Assembly (NCBI GenBank): GCA_965202585.1
Contig: OZ241831.1
Coordinates: 57,164,001 to 57,228,000 of the forward strand
Direction of reading: 5' to 3'
From: Thalia democratica
Taxonomy: Eukaryota
DNA length: 64,000 nucleotides
The notes beneath the pieces were generated by a model. That model had not been told where the DNA came from, did no database searches, and saw nothing but the letters and a program-made list of their open reading frames with translations. Of the stretch, positions 1 to 12,022 are shown one piece after another; within the stretch, counting starts at the first letter, position 1; each line of letters opens with the position of its first letter. The position numbers were made by a program, and so were the translations under genes.

Positions 1-1495
1 GTTAGACTAAATGTTTTCTGTTAAAGGTTCATAATTTTATTCTGTTTAATAACTGATATAGTATTTTTGAGCTAAAAATATATGGCTTAAATTAAAAAAG
101 TATTAAACAATTTTATATATTTCAAATAGTTATTTTCATAACTCAAAACAGCAAAAAGCTCAATAAAAATTCTTTGAAAACAACTTTTGAAATCTATGGA
201 TTTTTATAACTTCAGTATTAGTTAAACAAACACTATTAAATTTGAATTTATTTCTTTCAACGAAAAATAAATCTAAATATTTAGCTAATCTCTAATATTT
301 TATAAAATAAAGTAATTTGTATCAAAAAAATTAAATATTTAATTATAAAATAAAATTAATAGCGATTGCAAATGTATAAATAAAAATAAATAAAATTTAA
401 CTTTTGATTAATAGTTTTTTTATGAAGTTAACTTGATAGTTATGTGAAGTAAGATAAACTTATCAAGATATGTTTAAAATTTAATTGAACTTATTCAAGT
501 TAATTTGTGTTTAAAATATTTATAGGATAACTTTAAAAAAGCAATTATTTTATTCGAATTTTTTTTTAATGTACTTAAATTTTTTTTACAGCAAGAAGTT
601 TAACTTTTAGTCCCTGGTATTTACATAATAGCTTTATGTTAGTTTGAAAGGTGATTATCAAAAAATGTAAATATAAATGTCTTCTGAAGCCAATAAGTGA
701 TTTGTTAAACTAAACAAAATTAAACACACCTACACATTTCAAAGACATTTGTTGTGTAGTAAAATGTAATTTAAAGTTTGTATTTAATTGAGAAATCAGT
801 TTGTTATGTTCAATTTTCGTTGCGAGGTATATAATTTTTTTGCATATTAGTGACACTTAGGTTTTGATCTTGCAGTGTCAACTATATTATTAGGACCCCT
901 TCTCCACCAGGCCACACAAATATTGTTTTGTACATATAAATTGAATATATTTTAAAAATAAAAATCTTTTTATTTTGTTTTTGATAAGTTTGTTTTGGAT
1001 ACTTAAAAAATTATCTATTTTTATTATGTATATGTGTTGACCACTTGTTTGGTTTTCATGTTACAACTCAGAAATTTCTAAATCAAAATAAATTTTAGTT
1101 TCATTATTTTTTTTGTTACTAACAACTTGAAAGTTAAATAAATATTTAAGAATTACCTCATTTTATTGGTTTTCAACAAAGTTAGACAAACAAATATAAA
1201 CTTCAGTTATAAAACAATAGTTGATGACCAAATTCTTTGTTGATTTGTAAACAACAAAATGTTTTTCATAGTAAAGTGATTTTTAATATTGAGTATTCTT
1301 AGTAAAAAAAAAATTGCATTAAAATTTAGATAGTTTACACTATTTAGTTTGTGATAAGGCTACTGAAGACTGGTTTACAGTTTTGTTTAATTGATCTTAA
1401 AAAAGTTTACTTAATAATTCAAGTTTAGATAAATTAAATTCTAATTGTTTTGATTCTTAAAAAAATATTTAGGATACCTTATCTCAAAAAGTGAT

Positions 1496-1926
1496 CAGGG
1501 TTACCAATTTGCCTGGAAACCTGGAAAAACCATGAAAAACCTAAAATTTGACAATTTAGGCAATAATAAACTGGAAAAACCAGAAATTTGAAAATTTTTG
1601 AAAAAAATTTGGAAAACCCCGGAATTTTGATCAAAAACCTGGAATTTTTAATAATTTTAACATTTTCAGTACCAAGATTTCAATTTGACACAAAAAATCT
1701 ATCATTTAAATAAGATTTTTTGTCATCATCAAAAAATTTTTTTTAACAAAAAACACACACAAAGTAACTTTACAGCATCTTTTAAATGTTTTGTACTATT
1801 TAACAAAGTTTCTTTTATAAAAATAAACTTAAAACTAAAAATAGACCCAAAAATGTTTACTTTTAAAAATCTGGAAGAAATTTGGAAAACCTGGAAACAT
1901 TTTGAAAAAAACAAGTGGCAACCCTG
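1496..1926 (+). mobile_element. MITE family A copy 1 (TIR CAGGGTTACCA...TGGCAACCCTG)
   Basis: 11-bp TIR with 1 mismatch; repeated AAACCTGGAA; internal blocks shared with 40593-40955 and 56150-56535; no TSD recognised. Confidence 0.8.
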
Positions 1927-2137
1927 AGTAATGTACTTTTGAAAAAATTCCAAAATACATTGGTAAATGTTTTACTACATATAGAACGTTTTTTTTCATT
2001 ATTAAAATATTTCAAAAGATACCCTAAATTTACTAAAAATATTTTTAAGATTTATATTAGATTTTAAAGTTTATTTTAGCCATACATCAAAAAACTTAAT
2101 CAATTTTTGCAATGATAAAAAAAATCTTTGATATTAA

Positions 2138-2790
2138 AGGCATAGGGGGGAAAATCACTTTTTCACAATTTGATTATTATTTATTTGAGTTTTAACTAAA
2201 CTACAAGTTGTTTTTTATAGATAAAAAAAATCCAATTAATTTTTGAGATAAAGCAGGTCAAAGTTGGAGCCAACAATAGGTTCATTACTGGTGGCTAAAA
2301 CAGCAAAAAAGACTATTTCACTAAAAATTTATCTGCTCCTACGTTTTTTGAGATAAATACCTCAAACTTTCAGAAAATGTTCCTTGGAATATTTAAAAAA
2401 TTCTGTGCAAGGAATTTTAAAGAAAATTAAAAAAAAATTGAAAAAAAAAAGATAAACAAAAAACAGTTTTTTTTTGGTTTTTTCTCATAAAGTTTTGGTT
2501 TTTTGAAATTTTTTAAATTTTGTTCCAACAGAATTTTCTAAATATTGCAAGGAATATTTCCTAAAAGTTCGAGGTACTTATCTCAAAAAATGTAAAAAAA
2601 AAGATAGATTTTTAATAATTTTTAGTTATTTGCTGTTTTAGTTTGTGCCTTTTTAAATGAATCTATTCTAGTCTCCAACTTTGACAGGCAATATATTAAA
2701 AATTATTCTGAGTTTTAAAAATCTGTATAAAACAACTTGTTGCTTAGATAAAACTCAATAAAATAAGACAAAACTGTGAAAAAGTGATTA
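2138..2790. mobile_element. Foldback-like MITE family B copy 1 (long inverted arms, TTAA at left end)
   Basis: About 2155-2290 is the reverse complement of about 2655-2790; inner arms about 2330-2430 vs 2500-2610 also inverted; right terminus degenerate. Confidence 0.7.
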
Positions 2791-3742
2791 CATTACTTTT
2801 TGAGTTAAGGTCCATCATATTTTTTTAAAGAATTTGAAGTGTCAGAATTTGAGTTGTTCTACACTCCTTAAAACACTCTTAGATAAAGAATTAAAATTTT
2901 TGTTTAAAAAATAATTTTTTCAATTACTTTGCAAAAAAATATTAAAGAGAACCATGATGAATCAAGATTGTAAGTTTTAAGGATTTTTTTGTCAAATTCT
3001 GAAATTTACTTTTCCTCTAAGAAACTGAAATCCTCAAGTTTAAGTTCCCAAGAAAGTGTGAAACAAAAATAATCAATTATGTGTCAACTATATGTTGTTG
3101 TAAATAAGTGTTTCTTTAACTATTTTTCTTATAGTCACCTTTGTAGAAATTGAAAAAAAAAACTATGACCCCCTCTAACAAAATTTATCAAAATATGTCA
3201 AGTACGGCACGCAATACCTTTTTTTTTGCCCTTCACAATTTAAAGTTTTTTTTCTATTTGTAAGTACTTTAGAAGCCCTACTAAAAGTTTTTTGATTTTA
3301 GTAAAATAAAACACTTTTTCTTTGAAGTAATTATTTTTTTTTACATATGTAACTTGTTAAATTTTTTACATGTTGATCTTATTTTTAAGATATTTTACTT
3401 AGTCAGTAGTTGCTTTTTATGGTTATGAAAATTCTAATTAGTTTTTGAGGTATGAGGTAACAAAATTGTAGAGCTCCATTGGTTTCTTCTTGGAGAACCA
3501 AAAAAAATTAACAAAAAAAAAGGCTATTTATTTAAATTCTGTCTTCTCCTACTGTTTGAAGCAATAGTTCTGAAGCTTTCTCATTTTAATTTTATCTAAA
3601 TAATGAACATTTTTGTTTAAGGACTTAAAATTTTTAATATAAGTTTTTTTTTTTTTTTAAATTAGAAAGAAAACATTTTTTACTCATAAAGTTCTTAGAT
3701 TTCAATTTTTGTTTAACTATTACAATAGGATTTTTCTATTGA

Positions 3743-4051
3743 GGGCGTAGGGGGTGGGGGTAAATAACTTTTTTCATAATTTGATCTTATTTTTTAGAGT
3801 TTTAACTAAGCTACAAGATACTTTTTACAGATTTCAAAAATTCATAATAAATTTTGAGATATAGCAGGTCAAAGTCGGAGGCAACAATAAGTTCCTTATG
3901 GAAGGCGCAAATAAAAATGGCAACTTTGACCAGCTTTATCTGAAATATTATTTTTAGTTTTAAAGTCTGTAAAAAGCAACTCATAGCTTAGTTAGAGCTC
4001 AATAAAATAAGACTAAACTGTGAAAAAAGTGAATTACTCACATCTATGCCC
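3743..4051. mobile_element. Foldback-like MITE family B copy 2 (GGGCGTAG...CTATGCCC; flanks TTGA/TTAA)
   Basis: Near-complete palindrome; arms share gcaggtcaaagt and aataaaataagac with copy 1. Confidence 0.75.
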
Positions 4052-6429
4052 TTAATGTAATAAACATTTTCTGAAAATTTGAGGTTAATGAAAAATAAAA
4101 ATTAAAGAAAGTATAGATTTTAGTGGAGTTTTCAAAGTTCCAAGGAAAATGGTAATGAAAAAAATTTTTTTATGTTAACTTTTCACATTGACGTTATCTC
4201 AAAAATTAATTCTTTTATTGTGATAAAAGTAACTTATAGTATATAATTATATCTTCATGTAAGGTCTAATGCTAAATTTTGTAAAAAAAAAACTGTTGGA
4301 TCCCCCTTATTATTTGAGAAAAAGTGAGTACTGATGTTTTCCAAAAAGTTTAATCATAGACTAAAACATAGGGGTCATCCTGGTTTTTGATGTTTGATTT
4401 TTGTAAAATCCCACCCATAAAACTAAAAATCTATTTATAAATTTTGTTCAATTATGTAAAAGTTCAAATTAAATGTATTGATTTTTACTTTGATACTCAC
4501 TTTTTCTATATCTTAAAGAAATACATATGTGTAAATATATAATAATATTGTATAATAAACAACATTTTTTTACAGTTTTTTCACATATGAGATATTTCTA
4601 TCTCATATAATCACATGAAAAGCTTGAATTTATTAGACAAGTTTTACATAAATTAAGAATTTAAAAGTATTGTGACTTAGTACAATTTTTTTTATTGCTT
4701 TTCTTATGATTATGTTATCTAAGAATATCTCATATATTTAACAGCTGTATAAAACTGGCATTTATTATGTAATAAAGTATTTGGCTCTTTTTTTATTTGT
4801 AGAGTAGTATTGACCAAAACTGAAAAAAACTATAAATAAACAAATAAATAGATAAATAAATGTATTTATATATAAAAGCTTTTAAATAGAAATGTAGAAC
4901 TTGTTTTTTGTTTATAAAGAATTGCTTCAGTAGAGTTTTTAAAAATTGTTTAAGAAACAATACAATTACTGGAACTATAATTTTTAACAAAAAAGTTTGA
5001 AGGTATATTTATAGTTTTTAAAAAGTTTTGAAGAAAAAAGTTGTCAAAATTTTTATTATCATACACACATATTTAAAATTTTACAAAACATTCTTTATCT
5101 TGTTAAATAATCATGGTTAATCATTAATGAAAAATACTTTTTAGCTTCTACTTACTTTTAAATAAAGACAATCTTAACTATTGTAAGACTCTAATGATTT
5201 TATATGCTTAAAAAAAGTTATTTTTACGAGTTTAGTTATATTATCCCAGTTTTTTAAATAAAATTTTATTTGTAGTACTTTATTTGAAATTTAATAAGCT
5301 AAGATATTTTTGAAAAGTGTATGATTTTTGTATGACATGAAGCTCAAATATTTCAAAATAGTTACTCAATTTACCTTTTAGTTTAAAGAATGATTTAAAC
5401 TACATAGATTTATATTTTCAAAAGTGCAGTTTAAATGAAATATCTAGAAACATTTAATATGAAACATACTACAAATTGTATAGGTGTTATAAATTTATTT
5501 TTAGGTTTGAAAAGAGCTATTTTAGTTTACTAATTAAGTAAGTTTTTTTATTGTAGTGCACAAAAAACATTAGAACCTAAATTCCAAAATAAAAATAGGT
5601 AAGTTAACTAATTGAAAGCTCTATTAGTTTTAAGCTTTTATTTTAGTTAAGCTTTAGTTTCATTTTTTAATAATACTCACTTTATACTTTAATAAGCCAT
5701 TGTGAGCCTATGGATTTAATTGGAATCTAACTTAGCTTAGCACTTCTTAACACATACTTATCAATTACATACTTTAAACCTACTATTTAAACTTACATTA
5801 TTAAAGTATAACAAGTACATGTTAAGTTCATTAAAACTATAAAACTATATATTAACCTATAAATAAATATTTATGATTTATAAGGAATGTATTGTACTAG
5901 TTAAGACTTACTATATTAAAAACAATAAAGATATACTTAAGCAACTTAATTTAAATGTGACAATAAACATGTAAACTTCAAAATACACCTTTAGATAAAG
6001 TTAGGTGATTTTTTATAGACTAAAATGAACTAATTAAATATTTCCATAACTGCAAACTTTTGTCAATTAAATAATAAGCTAATTGTATAGTAAAATTTTG
6101 ATTATAAATTTGTGTATAAAAGTATGAATGTAGTAATAAACTAAAAGTAATGTCTATTAAGAAAAAAAATACTGTTGATTATAAAAGTAATATATTTACA
6201 AGCTGTAAAAGTTGATTGACATTTTAAATAAAAAAAAATACAATGTTTTAGGTACAATTTTGTCATGAGTATTTTCATTTAGAAATAAAAAGAACTAAAT
6301 ATATTTCAAGCCTATTAGTTGTAACTATTAAAAACTCAACAGGATTCTAAATAAAATCAAAATTAGAAGTCATCAAATAGAACCTATCTGACCAATAATA
6401 AAAGTTGTTTGTGCCTTAACGAAAAGCTA

Positions 6430-6625
6430 ATGGCTGCAAATGACAAAGAAACGATTGCGCTCCACCAGCGCAACGGAGTCAACTCCTCAACAGCGTACGA
6501 GGTTCCCTTGCATGACCTGAAGACTTTGATGGAGAACAGGGGCAAAGACACCGTCACTCAGATGCAGCAAAAGTACGGTGATGTTGATGGCCTCTGCAAA
6601 CTTTTGAAAACTTCCCCCACCAGAG
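6430..6625 (+). CDS. ATP2B: PMCA coding exon 1 (MAANDKET...LMENRG...KYGDVDGLCKLLKTSPTR)
   Basis: ATG 6430; PMCA N-terminal similarity; donor AG|gtaagt, phase 1. Start codon inferred, 5' UTR unknown. Confidence 0.85.
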
Positions 6626-7596
6626 GTAAGTGGTGTAACTCAAGTTTAATACATTTATCAAGTTTTCTTTGAAGTTTATGTTTTATTTTTTGTCCCTGGT
6701 TTGGTTTTGAGTAGCCTAGTGTGTTATTTTAACTAAATATATTGTGATGATCAAATCCTGTTTTTTATATATTTAAAGTCCATTTCAGTAAGTTAATAAA
6801 TATTGTACAGCTTAGTTTAATAAAAAAGCATTTAACAATTTTATCTAAATTTTTATATATCTTCTATGTATTGTTGTACATGCTTTTTTATTTAGTTTTG
6901 ACATTTTTTATATGAGTTTTCATATAAGAATATCCTATGATATTTCAAATTAAATTTTGAGTATAATGTAATCAAGTAAAATAATATTTTTTAGTAAGAA
7001 ATTGTTTACAGTTTTTATACATTTTATTTACAGTTAACTTGAAGTTACAATAGTTGTTGAAAAGTATTTAAAAATTAAGTTAGTCAAACTTCAATAGGTT
7101 TTTAAAAGTTTAGAATACTTTTAAAAATATGTTTTAGTAATCTTACATCATGTATTAAAAAATAATCATTTTGATAAGTTAAGAAGGTAAAATAAAAACT
7201 TTGTACTTGTTTTTTGTTTTTGAAAAAACAGAAGCTATTTCGTTTGTACTTGTTGTAAGCACTCTTTTTATTGTATTATTAATAAGTTTTATAAGTAATA
7301 ATAAGGTATTGAAAACATTTTATAAAGTTACTCGCTTTTCAAAGTTTATAACTAATCCTGTTGTACAAATTATAGTTAGTTTATTAACTTTGTTATCAAC
7401 ATCTTTTATTACTTATAATAATTTAGTTTATAATTATGTTATTATTTTTTTTTTAATATTTTAAAATAAATAGATAATTACTCCTGGGTAAAACTTAGTA
7501 GAAAATACAATAATTCTAAACTATGGACACAAAACACAAATTAGATTCTTTTAAACTAAGAAAATTTTAAACAAATGTTACTTAAATACCCCTTAA

Positions 7597-8247
7597 GGGC
7601 ATAGGGAGGTGCAACATTTTTGTTTGCAAAGCTTATATAAAAGCTTTAAGCCAGTTTTTATAGAATTTAACATTGTTATTTAACATTTTAGACTTTTTAA
7701 TTTTTGTAAAAAAATTCTTATTCAAGGTATGGATTTCAATTTTTTTTGTAGTTTTCTTTTAATTTTAAAAAATTACTAAAAATCTATCCTCTCTTTCATT
7801 TTTGAGTTAGAGATCTCAACTTTTCAAGAAACTTTTTTATATAGTTTAATATACTCTGAATGTTGGCATTTTGTAACTTTAGACAAGTAAAAGTTTTAGG
7901 TTAAAAAAGACAAAAAAGAAAAGTTTATTTATTAAAAAATTTTATTCAGAGATAAAAAACGTCATGCATTGAAAACATTATATATTGATGTTAGTACTGG
8001 GCTTGCAGTAGAATATGAAGAAAAATGGTTATTTATGAAAAAAATATACATTTAAACAGAAACACTTTGTTTTGTATTTTTGGTTTGCAACTTCTTTTAA
8101 GAACCTATAAGCTTACTAATTTCAAAAGCTTATATCTCAGAAATTACTTTGAGTTTTATTAAGGGTTAGAAATAACTGATAGCTTGCATAAAACTCCACA
8201 AAATAAGACCAACTTGTAAAAAATTCAAGGTGGACCTCCATATGGCC
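7597..8247. mobile_element. Family B-related MITE in intron 1 (TTAA|GGGCATAG...TATGGCC|TTAG)
   Basis: Termini match family B; right arm has aaataagac...aacttgtaaaaaa; interior diverged. Confidence 0.55.
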
Positions 8248-8619
8248 TTAGGCATTACTTTGTGGGATGAAAAAGTTTTAACAATATTATTTTATTTAAA
8301 ATCAATTTATGATATAAAGTATATTGTCAATATAAAAGTAGTTATAGAAAATTGTTTTATAAATTCTATTAAAACTTGATTTACATCTAGATTAGTACAG
8401 CCTAAATTGCAAAAACTATTTTATATTTTTGTCTTAAAACCTTAGTGTTTTAGTAACTTGACAGTTTCATTAACTAAAATTGAAATAAAATGTTAAATTA
8501 ATTCATTTCTAGTTATTTATTAGTCAGTTTTAGATATTAAATAACAATTAAAGTTTTTTGAACTGTTTAATACTACCACTTTGTACTAGTTTTTAACATT
8601 TTCATTTTCCCACCCACAG

Positions 8620-8817
8620 GTATCTCGGGGCAACCGGGCGAGTTGGAGAAGCGACGTCAGATTTACGGAACGAACGTCATCCCTCCCAAGAAGCCCAAGA
8701 CGTTGCTGCAGCTGATATGGGAGGCGTTGCAGGACGTCACGCTGATCATATTGGAAGTGGCAGCCGTCATATCACTCGCGCTGAGCTTCTACAAGCCCGG
8801 TGATGACAGTGGCTCTG
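8620..8817 (+). CDS. ATP2B: PMCA exon 2 ([17 protein letters not shown]...PPKKPKT...[22 protein letters not shown]; M1)
   Basis: Acceptor cccacag, donor G|gtttgt, 198 nt, phase 1-1. Confidence 0.92.
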
Positions 8818-9125
8818 GTTTGTTGAAGTTTGATTGGTGAAAATATGAACTATTGAGCTTACTAATGTAAATAAGTTATATGGATTGTTGTATAAATGAT
8901 TTGTTTGATTGCTCATAGAGAATTGGGATTCATTTAAAACTTAAGCCTGAGATTGCATTATTTTCTACCTCTAGATATTTTTGTTAGTTTAATGAAGTAG
9001 ATATTTGTGATATCAAAAATTTTTTGCACAACTTTACATTTTCTCTAAGTTTTATTATTTACTGTAACAATATATCCCTGATCATTTCAAAGTAGCTGTA
9101 AAAATTTCCCTTTTCTCCCCAACAG

Positions 9126-9392
9126 CACAGTGTTTTCCCGATGAGTTCGCGGGTGCGGGCGGGGAACTGGAGGAAGGGGACACGGGGTGGATCGAGGGGG
9201 CGGCCATCCTTATATCGGTGGTGGTGGTCGTCCTGGTAACGGCCATCAACGACTTCACCAAGGAGAAGCAGTTCAGGGGGCTGCAGAGCAGGATCGACAA
9301 GGAGCACAAGATCAGCATCATCAGGAACGGCAACACCATAGAGATTGCAGTGGCCGATATCGTGGTCGGTGATGTGCTGCAAGTTAAATACG
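9126..9392 (+). CDS. ATP2B: PMCA exon 3 (AQCF...TGWIEGAAIL...NDFTKEKQFRGLQ...VVGDVLQVKYG; M2)
   Basis: Acceptor ccccaacag (9125) fits phase 1; donor G|gtatgt; 267 nt. Confidence 0.93.
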
Positions 9393-11896
9393 GTATGTTG
9401 AGTTGATACTACTGTTTTGTTAAGTTTAGATAAAGTTTTGCTATTAAATATCATTTATATAAGTGGTAAGCTAAATAATTAAGTATGGTATGTTGAGTTT
9501 ATGTTAATATTTTAGAAGTTTCATGTAAGCTTCTATATTAAATAATTGAGATATAAATTTTCGTCAAAAATTCTGCTTATTGAAGTAAAATATAGACAAT
9601 TGATTTAATTATTTTTGATATAAACTTCTTTATTGCTGTATTAAACTAGATCGTTGTGCTGTTTAAAGTTGTGCCCTATGTAGGTTACAAGCTAGTTTTA
9701 AAGTCCCGGGTAGAACATTACTTTTTGGTTGATGTTGCAAGTCAAACATGGTAAGAAGGAATCAAAAGAAACTTAAGGAAAAAAAAGCAATCATCAGCAT
9801 TCAGTTTTATACTTACACATTTTATTTTTATTTTGGATTGCATATATTTTTAATTTTATTATTCAAATAATTAGTGCATCTTACTTTTTTTAAAAACAAT
9901 CAAAAAATGTAACTTTTAAAATTATCTAATTTCACTTAATTCCCCTAGTATTATTTGTTTATGTAGCAAAACTAATAACTTTAAGCTGTATTTGCAAATA
10001 TTTTGTGAATTTTTATTCTTATATTTGCATTTCGTTTTGTTTTAACGTTACACTGATCAGTGATGGTATTGACGCTGGTATTTATTTGTTTTTGCTTTTC
10101 AAGCATTACTTTTGTTTACACTGATTATCTATGCGCACGTATTGTATACCGACGTTTAATATTTTTGTATAAACATCGAATAAAATTTAAAATGATAAAA
10201 AAAAAAATGTTTTGTATTTATGTGTAATTTACTTTGTTTAATTTTCATCTATTTTAACTTTTGTTATGGTATTGCAGTATAAAAGTTTGCTAAACTTTGT
10301 TTAGATCAAGTCATTATTGTTGTACTGAAAGTTATTTTCAATATAATAACTTTTTAATAAATATGATAACTTTTTCTTGGTGTGTTTAATTTTAGATATA
10401 TGTATTCAATTTAAAATCAGCATCATTTAATTAGTGTTACATTCATTGGTTACACTTTTATTTAAAAAATTTGTCTTTTTCAAATTATATTATCTACTCT
10501 TTACTGTTTTCAGTATTTTAACAATAAAAAAAAAATCACTTAACTTTCGCTAGCTTGGGATAATCATAATTTTATAGATTTATTTTAACGCTCTTTTTTT
10601 TTACAATTAAAATCAAAATATGTGTATGCATTAGATAAAACTGATAACTTTTTGTTTAAAAAAATTGTTATAAGTTTTGAAAATGTGTTTATATTTAACC
10701 AAAGTTCACATTAAACTTATAAATCAACATTTAAATTTTTAATTTTATTATTCCCATAGTAAGTGCCTGTCCATTCTAAGCTTGCTTATATTTTTTTTTA
10801 TATAAAAAAGAAAACACTAAATTTAGTTTCCTTCAGATATACAGTTTTCATTTTTATGAATTAATAATTTTAGTTTTTTATTAATACGATGTTTTAAAAA
10901 ATGTATAACTAATTTTTTTTTTTCTGCTCATAAAAGCTGTTGTTTTATATTTGTTAAAATTAAAAATATACCTAATTGGACCAAAACAATTTTTGATTTC
11001 TTTGATACTTTTTACTGATTTTTTCTGTGTTGATCACTTTCAGTATTCTAAACTAAAAGTCTGTATTAAAGATTAGTAATAAAAAAATACAGGTAAAGTT
11101 TATGATGTAATTTGTGTTACAATCTTTTTGCCAATAGTTATATCATGAGTACATCATTTAGATTAAAAGTGATAAAGCTACTAAATTGTTTACATAAACT
11201 TTTATTCATCTATGTTAAGTATAATCCTTGTATTTTGTATCCTTATTAACCCTTGTATCAATTGTTACGTAAAACTAGTTAATAACATTTTAATTCAATT
11301 AATAAAGAATATATACAACGTAAAAAAATACTTAAAATGCTAAACTTTTTTGCTTTTAAATAATTTAATTATTTTTTTTGCTTATAACTTCCTTAACCCC
11401 TTTTAGATATATTACACTCTGCCAATAGATATACTCATAAGTTTTTTTGAGATAATAAAATTGTCTATTTCCAAAGGATTTTATGATATCATAAAAGTTT
11501 ATTTGTTAAAAGTTATTTTGTTATATCAAACTTTTTTTTTCTTGATATATTATTAATAGTGATTGTACTTGTTTGCACACTTAAATGATAGTTTTCATAT
11601 TTGAATACTATTATTTTACATGTTCACTTTTCTGGTTTACTTGTCACAATGTTTGTAGTACATGTTAGTTATGCTGGGAAGTGAAACAATTGTATATTGT
11701 TATGACGAAACAGACTATTTCATCAGGATGGCGTCGCAAATTATTACCTCAGCGTTTACTTTTTGTTGGACGTATAACTCTGTTTTTGTTCAAGTTTTAT
11801 TACCACATTTGTATTAAGATATTAATACAACTACTACTCAATATTGTTAGTAACAGACTTATATACGAATTTTATACTATTATGACGTAACAACAG

Positions 11897-12022
11897 GTGA
11901 CTTGCTTCCCGCTGACGGAGTTTTGATTCAGAGCAACGATCTTAAAGTGGACGAGTCCTCGCTCACCGGAGAGTCCGATCTCGTCAAGAAGGATCAGGAC
12001 AGAGACGTTTTCCTGCTCTCAG
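11897..12022 (+). CDS. ATP2B: PMCA exon 4 ([28 protein letters not shown]; A domain TGES)
   Basis: caacag / G|gtatgt, 126 nt; missed by the ORF track. Confidence 0.96.

Noticed and set aside
1685-1953. ORFs 1685-1927 (+) and 1729-1953 (-)
   Set aside because: They lie inside a non-autonomous MITE; low-complexity K/F/N content, no transposase motifs.
1-6429. Promoter, 5' UTR exon or trans-splice acceptor for the PMCA gene
   Set aside because: Candidate AGs at 6366 and 6380 exist, but nothing identifies a transcription start; the region is AT-rich and repeat-laden.
9126-9130. Alternative acceptor cacag at 9130
   Set aside because: It would give phase 0, incompatible with the phase-1 donor of exon 2.
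9059-9454. Minus-strand ORFs over exons (9059-9454, 18221-18442, 38797-39018, 41072-41349, 46014-46196, 55839-56081, 62401-62643)
   Set aside because: Antisense shadows of GC3-rich PMCA exons, which lack stops on the opposite strand; no independent protein signature.
11695-11896. Possible echoes upstream of exon 4 (tatgacgaaacagact) and exon 14 (cag|aaagaacaagg, 43500)
   Set aside because: Matches too short to distinguish from chance; not counted.
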